NCBI GenBank assembly: GCA_964542445.1
Contig: CAZITY010000001.1
Coordinates: forward strand, 42,485-106,484
DNA: 64,000 bases
From: an uncultured Halobacteriales archaeon
GTDB taxonomy: Archaea > Halobacteriota > Halobacteria > Halobacteriales > Hikarchaeaceae
Direction: 5' to 3'
Positions 59,200 through 64,000 of the stretch are shown here, piece by piece (the stretch's first letter is position 1; each line of letters begins with the position of its first letter). The notes beneath the pieces are model-generated. The model did no database searches, was not told the DNA's origin, and saw only the letters and a program-made list of their open reading frames with translations. Position numbers and translations under genes: made by a program.

Positions 59200-60189
59200 T
59201 TAGATTTTTATCATATCCTCGTCGAGGAGAAGTCGGCCGATCCCCGCACCAAATGCGTATGCAACTCCGTAGGACGCGTGCATGAAGCGTTGGGGTAACC
59301 CTATCGAGGGTTCGAACTCGTTGATAACTATTGGCTCTTCGAGGAGCTCTTCAAGCCGATCTTCTACCGCATCACCGTCACCGATTTCATCAATTAATCC
59401 ACGGGATTTCGCGTCCTCGCCGAGGTACACGCGTGCTTCTGTTTCTCGAATCGCATCAGAATCAAGATCGCGCCCTTCTTCGATTTTCGAGACAAACTGA
59501 TCATAATACCCCTCAATTAGACCTTGTAAATATTCCCGCTCATCACTGGTGACTTCTTTCAGCGGAAATCCGGCATCCTTGTACTTCCCAGCAGCAAATC
59601 GCTCGTATTGGACTCCAAGCCGATCTGCTAATTCTTTTGCATTTACAAGTGACCCGATCACCCCGATACTCCCGATAATACTTGCCTCTCGTGACCAAAT
59701 TTCATCACAGCCAGACGCAATCCAATACCCTCCACTCGCACATCGATCGGTCGCGTAAGCAATAGTGGGGCCTTCAAATTCAACGGCAGCTTTTCGGATA
59801 TCATCACTCGGCACTACCTCACCACCCGGTGTGTTTAGCTCAACGACCAATGCCTGTACCGCATTATCTTCATCCGCTTGGTGAATTTGCTGGACGATCT
59901 GTTCAGCAGCCACTCCCCCAGGTTGGGGCGGTATTGGGCTCACGGGGTCCCGAGTAATTGGGCCTTCGACAGCGACTTTCCCAACGTTATACTGCGGAAA
60001 CAGTTCACTCGCAATACTTCCCGCTACTCGAATTCCGAGTATACCGAGAGGAATCAGTAATAGGACACCAACTAATTCCACGCCTGAGTCTGGGAGTACG
60101 ATGAACAAGACGGCCCCGACGCCAACAGCGATTAGAACGCCAACCAGAACAATACATCCTCTGAGTATCTGCGTAATCTTTGTGTCCAT
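59200..60189 (-). CDS. sppA: signal peptide peptidase SppA (S49 family)
   Basis: An N-terminal TM segment, NTPGG, ASGGYWIASGCDEI and GSIGV. The ATG at 60189 is preferred to the TTG at 60198. Confidence 0.8.
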   Translation of the reverse strand: MDTKITQILRGCIVLVGVLIAVGVGAVLFIVLPDSGVELVGVLLLIPLGILGIRVAGSIASELFPQYNVGKVAVEGPITRDPVSPIPPQPGGVAAEQIVQQIHQADEDNAVQALVVELNTPGGEVVPSDDIRKAAVEFEGPTIAYATDRCASGGYWIASGCDEIWSREASIIGSIGVIGSLVNAKELADRLGVQYERFAAGKYKDAGFPLKEVTSDEREYLQGLIEGYYDQFVSKIEEGRDLDSDAIRETEARVYLGEDAKSRGLIDEIGDGDAVEDRLEELLEEPIVINEFEPSIGLPQRFMHASYGVAYAFGAGIGRLLLDEDMIKI

Positions 60190-60269
60190 ACAAACCAACG
60201 ATTACGCGGAGAATAAAAGATTCTGAACGCCTAACGCAAAATCAATACCGAAAGAATCGTGTATCGACT

Positions 60270-61187
60270 CTAGAGTAACCCGGCTTTCTGAAGTTTCATC
60301 AAATCTTCAGTTTCCAGCGTCTCGCCCTCTTTGAATTTCTCGTAAATTTCCTCTGCTTCCTGTTTAGCTTCCGCTCGTTCTTTTTCTCGCTCGGTTTGCC
60401 GTTCTTTCTCTTCTTGCTTATCGAGTTCGCGTAGTTGTTTTTGCACGCGGACAAAATCCTCGTGGTGCTGATCCGCCAGTTCCTGAGCTTCAACGAAATT
60501 TTCGTGTAATTCGTCGGCTTTGTCCCTGATTTTATCAGCTGCGCGGTACGCCTCAATCATTTTGTTGTGATGATTTTGGGCGTCATCAGCGAGTTCAGTG
60601 ACTTTTTCGTGATGTTCGCTCGCCTGTTTTCTGACCTCTTCTGCTTTCTCTTTAACTGATTCAAGTTCACCAGATTCTTCGAGTTTCGATTTCCTGTCTC
60701 GATATTCTTCTCGTTTCTCGTCAATCCGATCGATCAATTCCCGCTCATCTTCTGGTGAGAGAACTTCTGTTTGTTGTTTGAATTCGAGCTGTTCAATTTC
60801 TTCTTCGAGTTCACTCAGGTCTTTGCCTTCATCAAGCTCGAGTTCACTCTTCTTTTGCTCGAGTTCTTCGAATAATTCGTTAGCTTCGGCGTTGAGTTCG
60901 TTTCGTTTTTCTTTATGTTCTTGGACCTGTTCGTTGAGTTCATCTCGTTTTTCGCGATGTTTTTGTGCCGCGTCAACCATCTCGCGGGTTTTCGCGTTTA
61001 ACTCATCGCGTAGCGACGCTCGTCGGGATGCCTCTTGGTTGAGTTCATTCCGACGGTCCCGAAGTTGTCCGGCCAATTTGATTAATTGGCCTTTTGATTT
61101 GTCTTCGAGTTTTTCTTCAGAAATAGTAATGTTGTCTTCTTCAGTGATCGATTCTATTTGGAATTCTTGTTCTAGTTCCGCTGCCAT
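60270..61187 (-). CDS. archaeal coiled-coil protein (COG1340-like)
   Basis: A 305-aa protein, almost entirely heptad-like and E/K/R-rich (…RNELNQEASRRASLRDELNAKTREM…). Confidence 0.6.
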   Translation of the reverse strand: MAAELEQEFQIESITEEDNITISEEKLEDKSKGQLIKLAGQLRDRRNELNQEASRRASLRDELNAKTREMVDAAQKHREKRDELNEQVQEHKEKRNELNAEANELFEELEQKKSELELDEGKDLSELEEEIEQLEFKQQTEVLSPEDERELIDRIDEKREEYRDRKSKLEESGELESVKEKAEEVRKQASEHHEKVTELADDAQNHHNKMIEAYRAADKIRDKADELHENFVEAQELADQHHEDFVRVQKQLRELDKQEEKERQTEREKERAEAKQEAEEIYEKFKEGETLETEDLMKLQKAGLL

Positions 61188-61483
61188 ATGTGATTATACC
61201 TCGATACCTCCTGGTCCGCTGTTTCGACAGCAATAACTCTCGGGTGTATCTCGCGTTATCAGTAAGAGCGATCCGGTCATTGGTTAAATACACTGTGCTG
61301 CCGAAGACTGAACGCAGTTTCGGTATTCTTATAGTACCGCGTCGGTACTGTTAATAGTTTCGTTCCACTACCTGTCCGATCGCACTGCATTGATTAGTTT
61401 GTGATTTGATATAATTATTGGGTGTCGCATGGTTTAAATCGCTATTCCGCTTACCGATCCGAGTGTGTTTAATGGCGCATTAG

Positions 61484-61495
61484 CACTAGTGTCAA
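61484..61495. repeat. left copy of 12-bp inverted repeat CACTAGTGTCAA
   Basis: A perfect reverse complement of 61929..61940. It ends 1 nt before the GTG start of the DUF371 gene and contains the 8-bp palindrome CACTAGTG. Confidence 0.6.
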
Positions 61496-61496
61496 T

Positions 61497-61916
61497 GTGA
61501 TCTCATTCCAGGCCAACGGCCACAAAAACATCCAAGGGACCCATGAGTCGACGTTTGAAATCACAACGGATGATTATCTCACGCCAGCAGGGGACTGTAT
61601 TATTGGGATCGATGCAACTGTCGCTCCCTGCGACCTACCGGACGAATTCAAACGGGACTGTCAACGACAGGACCGTAGGATAGCTGTTACATTATCGGTA
61701 GATTCTTTTGAAAGTGTCATCCATGGATATGGGCATCCAGATCTCACATTCGCAAGCGACCGGAGTTTCGTTTTTCGAACGAGTTCATATATTGACGATC
61801 GAACCGTTATGATCAGAGCCGACAAGGCTGCAGCTGATATTAATCGAGAATTCATTCAGTCACTTTCAGCTGATAATCCATTGACTGTCGAGCTGCGAGT
61901 TATCAACAATGACTAA
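61497..61916 (+). CDS. DUF371 domain protein
   Basis: (GTG)ISFQANGHKNIQGTHESTFEITTDDYLTPAGDCIIGIDA is the typical DUF371 N-terminus. Confidence 0.75.
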   Translation: MISFQANGHKNIQGTHESTFEITTDDYLTPAGDCIIGIDATVAPCDLPDEFKRDCQRQDRRIAVTLSVDSFESVIHGYGHPDLTFASDRSFVFRTSSYIDDRTVMIRADKAAADINREFIQSLSADNPLTVELRVINND

Positions 61917-61928
61917 CTCTCATGTCTG

Positions 61929-61940
61929 TTGACACTAGTG
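61929..61940. repeat. right copy of 12-bp inverted repeat (TTGACACTAGTG)
   Basis: A perfect reverse complement of 61484..61495, located 13 nt after the DUF371 stop. Confidence 0.6.
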
Positions 61941-62061
61941 ACCCGGAGTGGCTATTCAATCTTGAAACTTGCTTGTTATTATGAAACCACAATGCAGAAC
62001 TGTCAGTTTACTCCTTGAGAAATGTATACGACTAAAATCTCCGAGACTGTTAGAATTCCAT

Positions 62062-63024
62062 ATGCAATTGGGTGTCGGTCTTCCCTCCTTCTCAAGTAAG
62101 TCACATGTCCTTCCCCCGAACCGATTCCAGTCAATCGCAAAAACGACCGAACACTACGGGTTCGCTGGTGCATGGGTAATTGAACATCTCCTCGAACCGC
62201 CAACCTATGCTACTTCATTACTCGATCCACTCACGACATTATCGTATGTTGCCGGAGCAACTGAATCGATTCCAATCGGCACGTCAGTATTGTTACTTCC
62301 GCTTCGAAATCCCGTTTTACTCGCGAAACGGGCCGTCACGATTCAACATTTATCCTCTAGACGCCTCACTCTTGGACTTGGCACCGGGTATGTTGAGGCT
62401 GAGTTTTCCGCAGTGAATATCCCGATTGGTGAACGTTCCGGGAGATTCCGCGAGGGAATTGAGCTCTTAACCCGATTGTTGACGGAGGAATCAGTGACAT
62501 TCGACGGCGAGTATTTCACGATTACGGATGTGAATCTTGAACCCTCACATGGTCAACCACCCCGTGTTTTGTCTGCAGGGAGTGGGGAGGAGAAGGATGG
62601 CACAAGGACGATGCCCGATACAGTAAAGCAACGATTTCAGCATGCTGATGGATGGATCGCCCCACCACGGTTACCCGGGGAAATCGAAGCGGACATCCCC
62701 CTAGTCAGCACCTACCAGGACTCCCCAGAATCATGTCCGAGAGTTGCTCTCCAGTATCTCCATTTTGTCCCATCAAATGATACGTCACTTGTTAAACAAC
62801 AGCAACTGAATGCCGTCGACCAAATACTCGGTGAGAATCGGTCAGCGGAGTATGCAGTTAATAACTGGTTGACAGGCACGCCGGAACGGATCTTATCGTT
62901 ACTTGAGCGGTACGAAGCCCTCGGATTCGATGAAGTAATTCTCCACCCGGTCGTCCGAGATCCAACTGATATTACCCGCCAACTTGAGTTATGGAGTGAA
63001 GAATTGCTCCCCCATTTTCCCTAA
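62062..63024 (+). CDS. LLM-class (luciferase-like) flavin/F420-dependent oxidoreductase
   Basis: MQLGVGLPSF...GFAGAWVIEHL...SRRLTLGLGTGY...FDGEYF... is the luciferase-like TIM barrel pattern. The ATG at 62062 is preferred to the track start 61969. Confidence 0.7.
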   Translation: MQLGVGLPSFSSKSHVLPPNRFQSIAKTTEHYGFAGAWVIEHLLEPPTYATSLLDPLTTLSYVAGATESIPIGTSVLLLPLRNPVLLAKRAVTIQHLSSRRLTLGLGTGYVEAEFSAVNIPIGERSGRFREGIELLTRLLTEESVTFDGEYFTITDVNLEPSHGQPPRVLSAGSGEEKDGTRTMPDTVKQRFQHADGWIAPPRLPGEIEADIPLVSTYQDSPESCPRVALQYLHFVPSNDTSLVKQQQLNAVDQILGENRSAEYAVNNWLTGTPERILSLLERYEALGFDEVILHPVVRDPTDITRQLELWSEELLPHFP

Positions 63025-63081
63025 CTCCAGTTGGTAGTTGGCCGGTGGAATTTTGCTCTCAAGCATCTTATTCATCAAGTG

Positions 63082-63852
63082 ATGGTGGACATCGAGCCTG
63101 CAGAGAATATTAGTGGCGGGGCGGATGGCGGAGGTGTTACCAGTACTGATTTTTCATCTGACTCGACGACACGAGCTGAGGCAGTCGTGAACAGGCTCGG
63201 CGAGCTCTATTGGCAGAAGGAATACGGCGGACAAGACGCCTTTAAATGTCTCGTTCGGACGGTATTGAGCCAAAATACGAGTGATAAGGCGAGTCAACCT
63301 GCATTTGATGCGCTTTGTGACCGATACAATACCGACGAATTCGCTTTGTCACTCTCCAAGGCCACGCAAGAAGCAATCGCCGAGACGATTCAACCAGCAG
63401 GGTTGTATAACCAGAAAGCGGCAGTAATTACCCAACTGGCAGACTGGGCGATCACCGAATTTGGGTCGGCTGATGAATTCGATTCGTTCGTAAAATCTGC
63501 GCCTCGGGACACGGTTCGAGAAACCTTACTCTCGAAGAAAGGGATCGGGTCGAAAACAGCTGATTGTGTATTATTGTTCGCAGGTGGGAGAGACGGTGTC
63601 TTCCCGGTTGATACCCATGTTTATCGGTTGTATCGGAGATTGGGGATCGTTGATGAACACGCGGATCACGAGACCGTTCGAGAGCGTCTAGAAGAGGCGG
63701 TACCGGGAGAAAAATGTGGGTTTGGTCACACGGCGAGCATTCAATTCGGGCGCGAATATTGCACTGCGAAAAATCCGGTGTGCGTAACTGACGAGTCTCA
63801 GTGTGCGTTAATCGATGTATGTGAGCAGGTTGGTGTATCGCAGCAAGAATGA
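63082..63852 (+). CDS. nth: endonuclease III family DNA glycosylase (HhH-GPD with Fe-S cluster loop)
   Basis: LVRTVLSQNTSDKAS...KGIGSKTADCVLLFA...PVDTHV..., with a C-terminal C-x8-C-x7-C-x5-C cluster (CTAKNPVCVTDESQCALIDVC; the canonical EndoIII spacing is C-x6-C-x2-C-x5-C). The ATG at 63082 is preferred to the TTG at 63031. Confidence 0.8.
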   Translation: MVDIEPAENISGGADGGGVTSTDFSSDSTTRAEAVVNRLGELYWQKEYGGQDAFKCLVRTVLSQNTSDKASQPAFDALCDRYNTDEFALSLSKATQEAIAETIQPAGLYNQKAAVITQLADWAITEFGSADEFDSFVKSAPRDTVRETLLSKKGIGSKTADCVLLFAGGRDGVFPVDTHVYRLYRRLGIVDEHADHETVRERLEEAVPGEKCGFGHTASIQFGREYCTAKNPVCVTDESQCALIDVCEQVGVSQQE

Positions 63853-64000
63853 ATTGTCGGCGAAGCCGCAAATGTCCTATTGCTCCCCACTTCACGCGCT
63901 ATGGTAAACGAGACAGAGAAGTTATAGAAATCTGAAGGTTTCGAGATTTTTCGGCGCGAACGTCCGCATATTGAACTTGTGATATAGGGCTGATGAGAGA

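Noticed and set aside
61188-61496. Replication origin (AT-rich spacer containing a TTCCAC-like half ORB)
   Set aside because: There is only a single weak ORB-like half-site, with no repeated or inverted ORB pairs. There is no adjacent orc1/cdc6 gene and no G-string elements.

Overview
This window is a gene-dense stretch of a haloarchaeal chromosome, with about 77 protein genes. I found no rRNA, tRNA, CRISPR array, IS element, transposase, integrase or prophage signature. The assignment to Halobacteria rests on two things: strongly acidic predicted proteins, and many archaea-specific housekeeping genes. These include TFB, the FtsZ-SecE-Spt5/NusG cluster, thermosome, LonB, NAC, the prefoldin beta-Pcc1-RpoP-L37Ae cluster, Thi4, pantoate kinase plus phosphopantothenate synthetase, NreA, GatB, AspRS, TopA, TruD and Pth2. 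GC looks only moderate by eye, which among haloarchaea recalls Haloquadratum-like genomes; that is inference only.

Many ORF-track starts are TTG or GTG over-extensions, and I re-set them where a better ATG or GTG and an N-terminal family pattern were visible. Four genes missing from the ORF track were recovered by hand: trmI (runs off the window edge), rpoP, secE and a DUF1931 gene (all three under 60 aa).

I do not see a convincing novel multi-gene system such as a defence island or mobile element. This looks like core, syntenic chromosome. The leads most worth a second look are:
- a Rieske 2Fe-2S gene broken by a 1-nt frameshift in a G-run;
- a thiamine locus where ACTAC boxes bracket the thi4 TATA element, a ThiR-like regulator lies nearby, and an unknown Cys/His-rich gene sits 10 nt downstream of thi4;
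- a 4-TM membrane protein ending in a HiPIP-like Cys4 module;
- a Cys-rich HNH-like protein;
- a structured region in the unusually long gap upstream of rpl37ae;
- a DtdA C-terminal extension carrying an RNase Z-like GP motif.

All family names come from my own motif recognition. No database search was run.
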